Shown here piece by piece: positions 34,086 to 43,908 of a stretch of 64,000 nucleotides of DNA. The stretch lies in the IMG/VR virus record IMGVR_UViG_3300030330_005471. One strand, 5' to 3'. The notes beneath the pieces are model-generated. The model was not told where the DNA came from. It did not search any database and saw nothing but the letters and a program-made list of their open reading frames with translations. A program made the position numbers and the translations under genes. How positions within the stretch are numbered: the stretch's first letter is position 1; each line of letters begins with the position of its first letter. The DNA is from a virus (lineage: Duplodnaviria; Caudoviricetes).

Positions 34086-35012
34086 ATGTCGACATATAAA
34101 GTAGATAAATCTCAAAATAAAGAAAGAATTAATGCAACACGAAAAGTTTTAAAAACAAAGGGTACTGCTGGTTCACACCAGAAAGAACCTATCCCTCTTT
34201 ACAATCAGACTCCTCGTGAGACAACTATCTCTAATAAAAATTCTTGGGTAGTCTTAGGAGGCGACAGACCAGCCAGCCCAGTTTCTGGTCAAGCAGGTAA
34301 AGGCTCCACACAAGCTAGTTCGATAGATTTGGTAGTAGGTAGAGGAGCAGGAAGAGATGGAGAACCTCCAGATAATGATGTAATGCTTGATTCTAACTTT
34401 GCCGAAGACGCAGCTCGCATATATATAACTCAAAAAGGAGACGCCGATACATATTTTGGAATTGCCAAAGGTGTTTATGGTGATTTTATGTCTTCGGACA
34501 AGAAATCAGCAATTGGCGTGAAAGCTGACCATATTAGACTAATGGCGAGAGAGGGTGTGAAGATTGTCACTGGTAAAGCCAAAAATGCTTTTGCACAATC
34601 AGAAAAGAATTCTTTAGGAGAGGAAGTTGGAAAAGTTCCCCCAATAGAGTTCATAGCTGGAAACTACACAAATGATAATTTTGTTTTACAATCAAACAGG
34701 ATTCTCCAACCTTTGGCAAAAGGAGAAAATTTGGTAGAGTATTTATTAGAACTTCAAACTTGGCTTGGAAAACTTTTAGGCATGGTACAACTAAATACTA
34801 TGGATTTGGTGGCTTGTAATACAACCTTGACGGGCCTAACAGCTGCTTTAGCTCCTCCGTTATCCATTGTTCACGGCGGACTAGTGGTATCCGAAGGACT
34901 CAGATCAGGAATAATGATAGCAGATCAGATGAATTTAGCAGGTTTGCAAGTAAATTACCTAGATCCTGTTGGAAAGGTATATATAAACAGTACACATGTG
35001 TTCACAACATAA
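34086..35012 (+). CDS. putative baseplate central spike-related protein
   Basis: Beta-rich SWVVLGGDR, SIDLVVGR, AARIYITQ, ADHIRLMAR then PLAKGENL; position upstream of gp25-like. Confidence 0.5.
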   Translation: MSTYKVDKSQNKERINATRKVLKTKGTAGSHQKEPIPLYNQTPRETTISNKNSWVVLGGDRPASPVSGQAGKGSTQASSIDLVVGRGAGRDGEPPDNDVMLDSNFAEDAARIYITQKGDADTYFGIAKGVYGDFMSSDKKSAIGVKADHIRLMAREGVKIVTGKAKNAFAQSEKNSLGEEVGKVPPIEFIAGNYTNDNFVLQSNRILQPLAKGENLVEYLLELQTWLGKLLGMVQLNTMDLVACNTTLTGLTAALAPPLSIVHGGLVVSEGLRSGIMIADQMNLAGLQVNYLDPVGKVYINSTHVFTT

Positions 35013-35021
35013 GGAAAGGGT

Positions 35022-38000
35022 ATGGCAAAGCGTTGGTATTTAGATATAGGAAGAAACTCGGGAAACTCTGGCAACTTTGTTAGGGTGTATTTAACACGCA
35101 GATTTTACACCAATTTAAAGCGTGATGACGAGTACGTCCCAGTTGAAGATCCATATAAAAACACTGGACAAGATGGCAACTTCACAGAAGATTTTGTAAG
35201 ACGTTTTAAAATAACGTTTTTTGCAAAAGGCAATGCTGGTTTTGAAATATTGAATAACAAACTCTCAACAGAAGGTAGAAAAAATATAAAAATAGCTTTT
35301 AAAGGCGGAGATAAAAACAATGTAAATAAATTTGAAAAAGAGGTGTACCTTTATCTTACGCGATACATTGAGCATTATTATGATGTTCACTATTACCAAA
35401 GCAGCCTTGGTTCACTAGATTCAGATCCGAAAATAAATTGGAAAATAGAACCGGTTCTATATCAGGACAACTCACCAGTTTATATTGATTTTGACGAATA
35501 TATTGATAGTAGTTATATGGAAGGTCTCTATAACGACGGCATAGGTACAGATCTTGTACCATATAAAGATGTACCAAACGACACACAGATGTTTGATAGC
35601 CCCTTCAAGTTTAACTATAATAGGTATGAAGAGTATGAAGATCCCAATGAAATTGGTTCAAGTTTGGGAAGTTTTATAACATCAGGCGTGAATCCATATT
35701 CAGAAGAAAGTCAACAACAAGAAGAAGAGACAGAATTGACTCAACAAGTGACAACAACAGAATCGACATCATATGGAGAACCCGGAGAGTTTGAACTGTG
35801 TAAAGATCTCGAAGATCCTGATGTACCGCCAATTTGCCCAGAGTGCAAACCTAATCCATCTTATATCGAACCAAATATAGTTTACCATGATGGTTCGTAT
35901 TATAACGAAAAGACTTGTGAGTATGTAATAGTTTTTGCACCACAAAATGGTTCTGTTCAATATGTCACTCAAAGATACGGAGATGATATAGAGAAATATG
36001 TGATGGAAGACATCTTGATAGATCAACCAAACCTGCAAGATGAGACTGTGTTCTTATATGGTCTCAAAAGATTATCAAAAGACTTCGATAAAACTCAAAT
36101 AAACAGCTACTTTGTTGGTCCGGTGGGTGAACTACTGGATATTAACGAAGAGCCCGTAGAACTGCCTTTACGACCGTTTACGAGGGTAGAATGGGCCATA
36201 AGAACAGATACGGGCCAAGTAAAGATCAAACTGTCTGTACAAAAGAAATATTTCGAACTGTTGCCTCAAGATAACTCTCCTGAACCTAACGAAGATATAC
36301 AAGCCGGAATTGACGAGGTTGAGTTCGATGCAACCAAGTTTTATGCTATGGTGTTGAGAGCAAAGGTGGGTGTAAAAGTATATCAGAAGTTCTATGAAGT
36401 TCACTTGTTGAAAGCAAGAGGGTATCTATACAAAGTGGATGATGAATATAAGAAACCCATATTTTCATCCGAATTTGATTCCTTGAGAAGAGATTTGAAG
36501 GCTTTTAGAAAAGATTTATTCAAATTAGTTCGAGACAAGGGATACAGAGTCAATTCGTTTGAGTCTTCCCTTCCATTCGCAAATAACAAAATTGATAAAA
36601 TAAAGATAAGGTTTGACAATTCGAACCCAGAAACTCCATATGTGATAAAAGCAATTAGTGTAAAGCCTTTTGGATGTCGATATCGACAGATATTCAATAT
36701 CAAGAAGAATTCTGACTTGCGTTTCAATGGAGAAAAACCGATATTTCTAAAAGACCCAAGGGGTTTTACTTTCAATCCGTTTGCGATCATAGGAAATATA
36801 AACGATGTTGATGATGACCTACAAGCCTATGAACCACCCAGCTGGGAGCAGTTTTTTGTTAAATATCTTGTCCCCTCTGTTGATTTGGAATATGGAACTC
36901 TCAACTCGCCATTGGAAGACAGGCAAAACAGCTTAGCTTGTGCGATGGAGCAATTTCCAAGCTTTGGAGAGTTTTTAAAATCTTCTCTTTTTAGTCTAGA
37001 AACAGTGTTCGAATTGTTGGCGTACGAATTCAATAGAATGACTTGTGCAGAAGACACAAAAAAAGCCATAGCAGAATTTAACGAAAGGTATGGTGACAAG
37101 GGAGGATTAGTTGATCAACTCAAAGACTCTATAAACCCAAACAGTGGAATAGCTTCTTATCTCGTATGGGCTCTTGGAAGTGATATGAACGGCAAAGAGA
37201 TAATAGGTTCGCTAACTTTTTGTGAGTTAGATGGTCTATTAAGATTGATATTGGAATGTATGCTGGGCGGTATACCATTTGAAGAAGCACTACAAAAGAT
37301 AGTTCAAAAACTAATATCTTCGTTGACTGCTCGACATATTGGAAAATTGATAGGATTTCTCCCAGCGTCACAACAGGCCGAGATAGAAGCCAAAGTTCAG
37401 GGTATTATAGGAGCATATGTTCCAGATCCTTGGTCTAGTAATTTTGCTGGTGGCGTCGTACAAGATTCAAAACCAAGCAGCAGATATAAAAACATGAAAG
37501 GTGTTAGCTCAGTAAAGAGTGATGAAGAAACAGATGATTCCTCTCAACCCGAAGTAAAGAAGCCCGGAGAATCAACAACATACGCTTTAGTTACTCAAGA
37601 TCTCGCTGGTGCAACACCAGAACAGGTCGAACAGATGAATGTTGATAGTAAAGTCTCCCAAGTTACAACAGTTATTTTGGAAGCTTATATAGAAGCTCTG
37701 ATGGATGTTGTTCCTATAGACGATCTCATAAGACAAGTGGACAGGTTGCCGATAACTCCTCTCATAAGAACTCTTATTGTAGCTGTGTTTAACCAATGCC
37801 AAGTCACGCCATTCAGCACATTTGCTGACTTGGGTATGCTTATACCAAAATTCAAAATTGATGTGTGTGACCCAATGTTAGCCGTTAGGATACCGAAAAT
37901 TCCAACACTATATATACCAGCTGGTATACCAGATTTAATGAATGAATTGCGCAAAATGTTAGTTCAAATAGCACTGTCTGTTTTTACGAAGATGCTTTTA

Positions 38001-41000
38001 TCGTTTTTGTTAAAAATATTAGCAGCCTTGGACAACATTCTGTGTCAAGGATTAGCAGCACTAGCCAGAGATGATGGTGACTTTGCTGACATCTTTGGAA
38101 ATCTTTTATGCGGCTCACAGCCCGATAAAACGCGAGATATGCTAAAAGAGATGGTCGAATCTATGAGAGGTATGCCACCATCTTTAGCAGGCGATTGTGT
38201 CGATTGTATATTAAAATCTTTCTCTAGAACTTTATCTAAGAAGGAGATGTTGATGATAGCTGCCGGAGATCCTGTCGACATAAGTGTGTTTGATAGAGTT
38301 GCGAACTCTATATCCTTGACTTGTTCGGATTGTTCAATTTACTTTCCTGATGGAAACTCTGTGTCCGATCTTTGCAAAACATTCCCAGCGTTCCTTCCAG
38401 AGTCTGAGAGACGAAAAGCTCAAGATTTAATTTCTATTGCTGACGATTCTCCTATATGTGATTTGGTTTGCTTAAACAAGCAACAACTAGATGACTGGGA
38501 CGCTTTAAGAAGAAATGAGCTTGAAGATATGGGTTTATCTCCCGAAGCTGCTGCTGAAGAGATAGACAAATTGAACGATATCGCATTGCAAGAATTTGAC
38601 GATATGTTATCAGCTGGGGTTGGCCTGCAAGACATTATAGCTGATGAGTATGATAAATTATTAAATAGACCAGAGCAGTGTGATGAGCCTTCCCCATGGA
38701 ACACCAAGACAAAACAGATAGCTAACTTTGCTTCAAGTGTAGCAGAATATATTTTTACTCCTATTGAGATGGAGTTTTATCGCGAAATGACTGGAAAGAG
38801 AAAATCAGTTCTATCGCGAGTACTATCAGACACAAGAGGAAACACCTACAATGCACACAGGTTCTTTGCAAGTTCGATATTCTCTAGGTGGTATTATAAA
38901 GATTTTGATGAGGAAGACACCAGCTTCTTGGGTATAAAAATAGATACTTCAATAGGGCATTTTCCCGAAACCATTGGTGAAGATCTCCGTTCGCAATTTG
39001 TAGAACCAGAAGAAGAGATAGAATATAATACAAACATGTTGACCAACACAAAACAACCAGAAATTATTGAAGTTGGGGGAATCGAAGTTCTTAGCCATTA
39101 CAACAACTCTAAAAGGCCCGATTATTCATTCAGGTATGAAAGAACCGACGATATAGAGTATACTAGCAATACCAGTTTCATAAACTCTATCAACACAGTT
39201 CTGCATCCGTACGAACCATTAGAAAATTTTGGATACACAATAAGCTCTAAAGAAGACAAAACACCAATAGTGTTTGAAAAGATAGATAATTCTATCTTAA
39301 CACCGGATTCTTTAACTGGCAATAAACCATATGCAGTTAAATATTTTGATAGACATTTTACATCAATAACCTTGGTTAACAGCTCAAGGACAGATAATAT
39401 ATACGACAATATGTTTAATTCTTTGTTCCAGTTTATCAACAAAGGGGTTATATCTGGTGACGGCTTTGTATATGGAGCCACCTCCTCTTCTCTAGATGAG
39501 AGTGATATACAATATTTAAACCCAGAAGGTGGAGAATACAACAAAGAAGAAGAACAAAGAATACTTGGGAAATCTGGTCACCCAAGGGTCATATTTTTAG
39601 ATCCTAAGATACACGGAGGCTCCTACACCAAGCCAAAAATATACATCAAACCAGAGGTTAACAAAGGATGGTTGTCACTTTATGACGCCTTTTCTAACTA
39701 TGATCCGGTTTGTGATGATATTGATGATAAGATATTGCCATTCAATGACATCAAAAAATATCATGACTCTTTGTTGGAGAACTTACCAATTGACAAAAGA
39801 TTGTATCAAGAACCCGAATGTCGAAAGGATATACCATTTGATAGAGTCTTTTCAACTGAGACTGCTGCACTTGTTGATGCAATAGTTAAAACAACAGTGA
39901 TGTGTTATGCTGTTGATATGTCTATCAATGTTATGCCGATTTTGCTTTCTGTAAAATGGAAACCCGAAAACTACGACAGCATGTTCTCTCAGATTCTCTT
40001 TAAGAAAATAAAGAGTGAAATGATAAACGAAGTGGGAAGAAGTCGGACAAAAAACAATAAAAAGATTCGTCGACATAGGTATTGGTGCTTGTTTTTGGAA
40101 CAAGTCGCACAATCTTTTCAACGACAAGTTGATATGGGAATGATACAACCAACAGAAGCTGAAGAAGCAGCATTGAGAGAAATATTTTTAGTAAGAAAAA
40201 GGTACAAATATCCCGATAGAGAAGATATAAAAACACTTAGAAAAGAAGATGGAGTTTTCAATATGAATTTCGAAATAGGAGATTTTGCAAACTTTAAACT
40301 AGAAGACAACAGCTTCCAAAATCCTGAATTGTTTTACAAGTATGCTTTAGCGTATGATGAATATCAAGAAGATTTATATAATGAAGTTGCTGGAGGAGAC
40401 GCAACACAAATAATAAAAGTTGATAACCCAAGACTCACAAGGCTTAAGAGATTTCGTCTTCAAACTAAGATATTTGCCATAAGAACAGTGGAAGATAGTG
40501 TACGTGTTTTATTTGACAGGATTGTGTTTCAAGAGATGGATCGTTACCTCAACAAACTGCAAGACATAGTTCCACCAAAAATCAACGACATAAGACATTA
40601 TATGTTTCACCAAAATAACTTCTTTATAGGTTCAAGTTTGAGTATTGGAACAACGTCGTCTGAAGAGTTATACTCCTCCGGACAGAGAACTGGCTTCGGT
40701 GAAATAATTGAGCCCGAATATGATACGGATATCTTTGATTCCATCCAAGTATCAGAAGATAAGAAAGTAGAAATTTCTGAAAAAGGTTGTCTTATAGTCG
40801 AAAGATACGTCAATATTCAAGAAAAAACGTACAAAAACAGAGAAACTTTGACTCCAAACCAACGAGCATTTCTCCTTAGAAGGGAAATTGTTCTAGATCC
40901 AGAAACAGGAAATGAAAAATATTACGGCATTGTCAAACTGAAGGATTTTAGAGAATATGTTAGAAACACTCAACTAATCCATAAAGATAAGAATCTGTCT

Positions 41001-41654
41001 CATTATTTTGGAGGTGATGCTCCCGCCAACTTTGGTATAAGGATTAGTTACGTTTTCCCAGATGATTATGAAGACTATGAACCAATTGGTAGTAATGAGC
41101 GAAGAAATAAGCTTATGAAGACTTATAAAAGGGGCGACAAGATTGTACAACCTTTGGCATCTTTCGAACACCCATTTATTGATGAAACTATTGAAACCTT
41201 CTTGAGTCAAGATTCGGTGAATAACTATGATAATCATTGTTTAGTCAAAAATCTAGTAAAGACGGAAGACTTCATAATGTTATTTGAAAAAATGCTACCA
41301 GTTAAGGCACCGCTATCAGTCGCAATGGCAACCCTTTATACATCTTTTTACAATTCAATAGGAGCCAATGATGGCTGGGACGGTGATAGAGGAAAAAACG
41401 ATGCAGATCAATTTGAAAATGTTGAGAAAGGAGCGTTGAAAAATACAAAAAAACTTTTACAAAAAGCTTTTGAGTCTGCTTATAAAGATCAAGAGTTTGA
41501 TGAGGAAGAATCTCGAGAGCACAAAAATTCAATGTTTGGCTTCTTGAAAAACATGATCCCAGACTTGAGATTGAATCTAGGAAAGTTTGGAAACAGGGTT
41601 GTTCGAGACATAGATGACTGCGATGATCCGGTGTTCAAATTATTAAGAAAATAA
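35022..41654 (+). CDS. very large (2210 aa) putative virion/baseplate protein
   Basis: Uninterrupted ORF in the baseplate module; no family recognised. Confidence 0.6.
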   Translation: MAKRWYLDIGRNSGNSGNFVRVYLTRRFYTNLKRDDEYVPVEDPYKNTGQDGNFTEDFVRRFKITFFAKGNAGFEILNNKLSTEGRKNIKIAFKGGDKNNVNKFEKEVYLYLTRYIEHYYDVHYYQSSLGSLDSDPKINWKIEPVLYQDNSPVYIDFDEYIDSSYMEGLYNDGIGTDLVPYKDVPNDTQMFDSPFKFNYNRYEEYEDPNEIGSSLGSFITSGVNPYSEESQQQEEETELTQQVTTTESTSYGEPGEFELCKDLEDPDVPPICPECKPNPSYIEPNIVYHDGSYYNEKTCEYVIVFAPQNGSVQYVTQRYGDDIEKYVMEDILIDQPNLQDETVFLYGLKRLSKDFDKTQINSYFVGPVGELLDINEEPVELPLRPFTRVEWAIRTDTGQVKIKLSVQKKYFELLPQDNSPEPNEDIQAGIDEVEFDATKFYAMVLRAKVGVKVYQKFYEVHLLKARGYLYKVDDEYKKPIFSSEFDSLRRDLKAFRKDLFKLVRDKGYRVNSFESSLPFANNKIDKIKIRFDNSNPETPYVIKAISVKPFGCRYRQIFNIKKNSDLRFNGEKPIFLKDPRGFTFNPFAIIGNINDVDDDLQAYEPPSWEQFFVKYLVPSVDLEYGTLNSPLEDRQNSLACAMEQFPSFGEFLKSSLFSLETVFELLAYEFNRMTCAEDTKKAIAEFNERYGDKGGLVDQLKDSINPNSGIASYLVWALGSDMNGKEIIGSLTFCELDGLLRLILECMLGGIPFEEALQKIVQKLISSLTARHIGKLIGFLPASQQAEIEAKVQGIIGAYVPDPWSSNFAGGVVQDSKPSSRYKNMKGVSSVKSDEETDDSSQPEVKKPGESTTYALVTQDLAGATPEQVEQMNVDSKVSQVTTVILEAYIEALMDVVPIDDLIRQVDRLPITPLIRTLIVAVFNQCQVTPFSTFADLGMLIPKFKIDVCDPMLAVRIPKIPTLYIPAGIPDLMNELRKMLVQIALSVFTKMLLSFLLKILAALDNILCQGLAALARDDGDFADIFGNLLCGSQPDKTRDMLKEMVESMRGMPPSLAGDCVDCILKSFSRTLSKKEMLMIAAGDPVDISVFDRVANSISLTCSDCSIYFPDGNSVSDLCKTFPAFLPESERRKAQDLISIADDSPICDLVCLNKQQLDDWDALRRNELEDMGLSPEAAAEEIDKLNDIALQEFDDMLSAGVGLQDIIADEYDKLLNRPEQCDEPSPWNTKTKQIANFASSVAEYIFTPIEMEFYREMTGKRKSVLSRVLSDTRGNTYNAHRFFASSIFSRWYYKDFDEEDTSFLGIKIDTSIGHFPETIGEDLRSQFVEPEEEIEYNTNMLTNTKQPEIIEVGGIEVLSHYNNSKRPDYSFRYERTDDIEYTSNTSFINSINTVLHPYEPLENFGYTISSKEDKTPIVFEKIDNSILTPDSLTGNKPYAVKYFDRHFTSITLVNSSRTDNIYDNMFNSLFQFINKGVISGDGFVYGATSSSLDESDIQYLNPEGGEYNKEEEQRILGKSGHPRVIFLDPKIHGGSYTKPKIYIKPEVNKGWLSLYDAFSNYDPVCDDIDDKILPFNDIKKYHDSLLENLPIDKRLYQEPECRKDIPFDRVFSTETAALVDAIVKTTVMCYAVDMSINVMPILLSVKWKPENYDSMFSQILFKKIKSEMINEVGRSRTKNNKKIRRHRYWCLFLEQVAQSFQRQVDMGMIQPTEAEEAALREIFLVRKRYKYPDREDIKTLRKEDGVFNMNFEIGDFANFKLEDNSFQNPELFYKYALAYDEYQEDLYNEVAGGDATQIIKVDNPRLTRLKRFRLQTKIFAIRTVEDSVRVLFDRIVFQEMDRYLNKLQDIVPPKINDIRHYMFHQNNFFIGSSLSIGTTSSEELYSSGQRTGFGEIIEPEYDTDIFDSIQVSEDKKVEISEKGCLIVERYVNIQEKTYKNRETLTPNQRAFLLRREIVLDPETGNEKYYGIVKLKDFREYVRNTQLIHKDKNLSHYFGGDAPANFGIRISYVFPDDYEDYEPIGSNERRNKLMKTYKRGDKIVQPLASFEHPFIDETIETFLSQDSVNNYDNHCLVKNLVKTEDFIMLFEKMLPVKAPLSVAMATLYTSFYNSIGANDGWDGDRGKNDADQFENVEKGALKNTKKLLQKAFESAYKDQEFDEEESREHKNSMFGFLKNMIPDLRLNLGKFGNRVVRDIDDCDDPVFKLLRK

Positions 41655-41701
41655 AACAGAACAATATTTAATATAGAAAATATTTACTTTGAGGATACCA
41701 G

Positions 41702-42106
41702 ATGATTTTTGCACCTTCTATGCCATTACAGTTCGACGATATAAATGGTTATAAAAACGTCGATGATATAAGAGAGTTGGTTAAATTCCATTTGACCAAT
41801 TTGTTATTAACAAATCCCGGAGAGAAGATAAGTGACCCCAACTATGGAGTAGGTATACGACAATTTTTATTTGAAAACCAAACAGAAGATATGTTTTCTA
41901 GAATAAGAAGTCGTATACGTTCTCAAGTAAGTTCTAATTTAGACTATTTAAGTTTAAGAAATGTTGCGATAAGGAGTCTCGATAACTACGAAAATATGAT
42001 CAATATTCAACTTGTATACAGAATAGATAATATAGATTTGGAAGATATGTTAAATCTTAATTTAAATTTGAATTCTGGTTTGTTGTTTGGTGACACCTCC
42101 TACTAG
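41702..42106 (+). CDS. baseplate wedge subunit, T4 gp25-like
   Basis: LTNLLLTNPGEKI.DPNYGVGIRQFLFE. Confidence 0.88.
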   Translation: MIFAPSMPLQFDDINGYKNVDDIRELVKFHLTNLLLTNPGEKISDPNYGVGIRQFLFENQTEDMFSRIRSRIRSQVSSNLDYLSLRNVAIRSLDNYENMINIQLVYRIDNIDLEDMLNLNLNLNSGLLFGDTSY

Positions 42107-42117
42107 GAAAAATAAAA

Positions 42118-43908
42118 ATGAGTAAAAAACCCGTAATAAAATATACAAACAGAGATTTTGATTCAATAAAATCTAGCCTTGTCGAGCATGCAAAAAGATT
42201 TTACCCTGATCGTTATAATGATTTCAACGAATCTTCGTTTGGCTCCATGATGTTTGACTCTGTTGCTTATGTTGGAGATATAATGTCATATTATATTGAC
42301 TTTCAAGCGAACGAATCTTTCTTGGAAACAGCCCTGCAATATGACAATGTGCGAAGACTATCGGCCCAATTAGGTTATAAGTTCTACGGAAGACCAGCTG
42401 TATATGCTAACTTGACATTTTATATACTAGTTCCAGCCGCAGCTTCTGGCTTAGGTCCAGATACAACTTATATGCCAATATTAAAAAAAGGCTCACAGTT
42501 TGGCTCAACATCTGGTGTAAATTTTATCTTACAACAAGATGTAAATTTTAATGATGATAATGTTGAGATTGTGGCTTCAAAGTTTGACACTACTACAAAC
42601 AAGCCAACAGAATATGCGATTAGGAGTTTTGGTAGGGTTAAGAGCGGAAATCGTTATTATAAGGACATTACCATCGGAGAATTTCAAAGATTTTTAAGAA
42701 TTAGGGTGGGACCATCTGTGATAAATGAAATAGAATCTGTTTTTGATTCTGAGGGACATCAATATTATCAAGTACCTTGTTTAACACATGATGTGATTTA
42801 CAAAGAGACAACGAACCCGACTGCTCAAAGTGATGGAGTTCCTTCAATTTTAAAACCATTCGCAGTTGCAAGAAGGTTTATCCTTGAACAGGACGAGACC
42901 GGTACATATCTTAGATTCGGATATGGTTCAGATACAGAAGGCATAGTTGAGGACGTAACAGATCCAACTCAAGTAGTGCTCAAACAAACCGGCAAAAATC
43001 ACATAACTGATGATGCTTTTGATCCAAACAAGCTTCTTAACAGCGACAAGTTTGGTATTGCTCCTTCAAATACAACTCTTCGAATATTCTATGGTGGTAA
43101 CGCTCAAAGTCAAATTTCTATCGCCATCGGTCAGCTAAATACAGTATCAGAGGCCATTATGGAATTTCCAAATTCTTCAAACACAACCACCGCTCCGTAT
43201 TTAAATGTCAGAGAATCTCTAGAGTGTGCAAATGACTTTGCAATTAGCGAGGACACTTCCCTACCCTCAAGCGATGAACTAAAATACAGAGCGTACGGTA
43301 TATATGCCGCTCAGGGTCGTACCGTGACTAGAAACGATTATGAAGCTTATTGTTATCAAATGCCCCCAAGTCTTGGTGGTATCAAAAGAGCTAATATTGT
43401 GAACGATCCGGGAGGCACAAACAGAAGATTGGCCCTATACGTCATTTCAGAAGATGCCGATGGGCACTTAATGAATACAAAAACAGTTGTTAAGAATAAC
43501 TTGAAAACTTGGCTTTCAAAAAACAAAATGCTGAATGACGGCATTGACATTTTTGATGCTAAAATTATCAATGTTGGCTTTACCTATGAAGCTGTTATTG
43601 ATCCAAACTTGGTTTCCATGACAGTGTTGGCAGATGTTGACGAAAGGTTGAGAAACTTATTCAAAAACAAACTGAATATAGCGGAGCCAATCTATATTAA
43701 CAAAATTTATAACACAATCAACAAAACAGTTGGTGTGATAGATTGCGTTAAAGTGACCATGGAAACAAAAAAAGGAGCTAACTACTCAACAGTGTCTGTT
43801 GATATGGAAGATTTATTATCAGACAAGGGCACCATAGTAGTGTGTCCAAAAAATTGTGTTTTAGAGATAAAATACTTAGACAACGATATCAAAGGAACAG
43901 CAGTGTAA
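42118..43908 (+). CDS. baseplate wedge protein, T4 gp6/J-like
   Basis: YTNRDFDSIK, DFNESS, ESFLETA, LGYK, AQGRTVT..DY. Confidence 0.85.
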   Translation: MSKKPVIKYTNRDFDSIKSSLVEHAKRFYPDRYNDFNESSFGSMMFDSVAYVGDIMSYYIDFQANESFLETALQYDNVRRLSAQLGYKFYGRPAVYANLTFYILVPAAASGLGPDTTYMPILKKGSQFGSTSGVNFILQQDVNFNDDNVEIVASKFDTTTNKPTEYAIRSFGRVKSGNRYYKDITIGEFQRFLRIRVGPSVINEIESVFDSEGHQYYQVPCLTHDVIYKETTNPTAQSDGVPSILKPFAVARRFILEQDETGTYLRFGYGSDTEGIVEDVTDPTQVVLKQTGKNHITDDAFDPNKLLNSDKFGIAPSNTTLRIFYGGNAQSQISIAIGQLNTVSEAIMEFPNSSNTTTAPYLNVRESLECANDFAISEDTSLPSSDELKYRAYGIYAAQGRTVTRNDYEAYCYQMPPSLGGIKRANIVNDPGGTNRRLALYVISEDADGHLMNTKTVVKNNLKTWLSKNKMLNDGIDIFDAKIINVGFTYEAVIDPNLVSMTVLADVDERLRNLFKNKLNIAEPIYINKIYNTINKTVGVIDCVKVTMETKKGANYSTVSVDMEDLLSDKGTIVVCPKNCVLEIKYLDNDIKGTAV

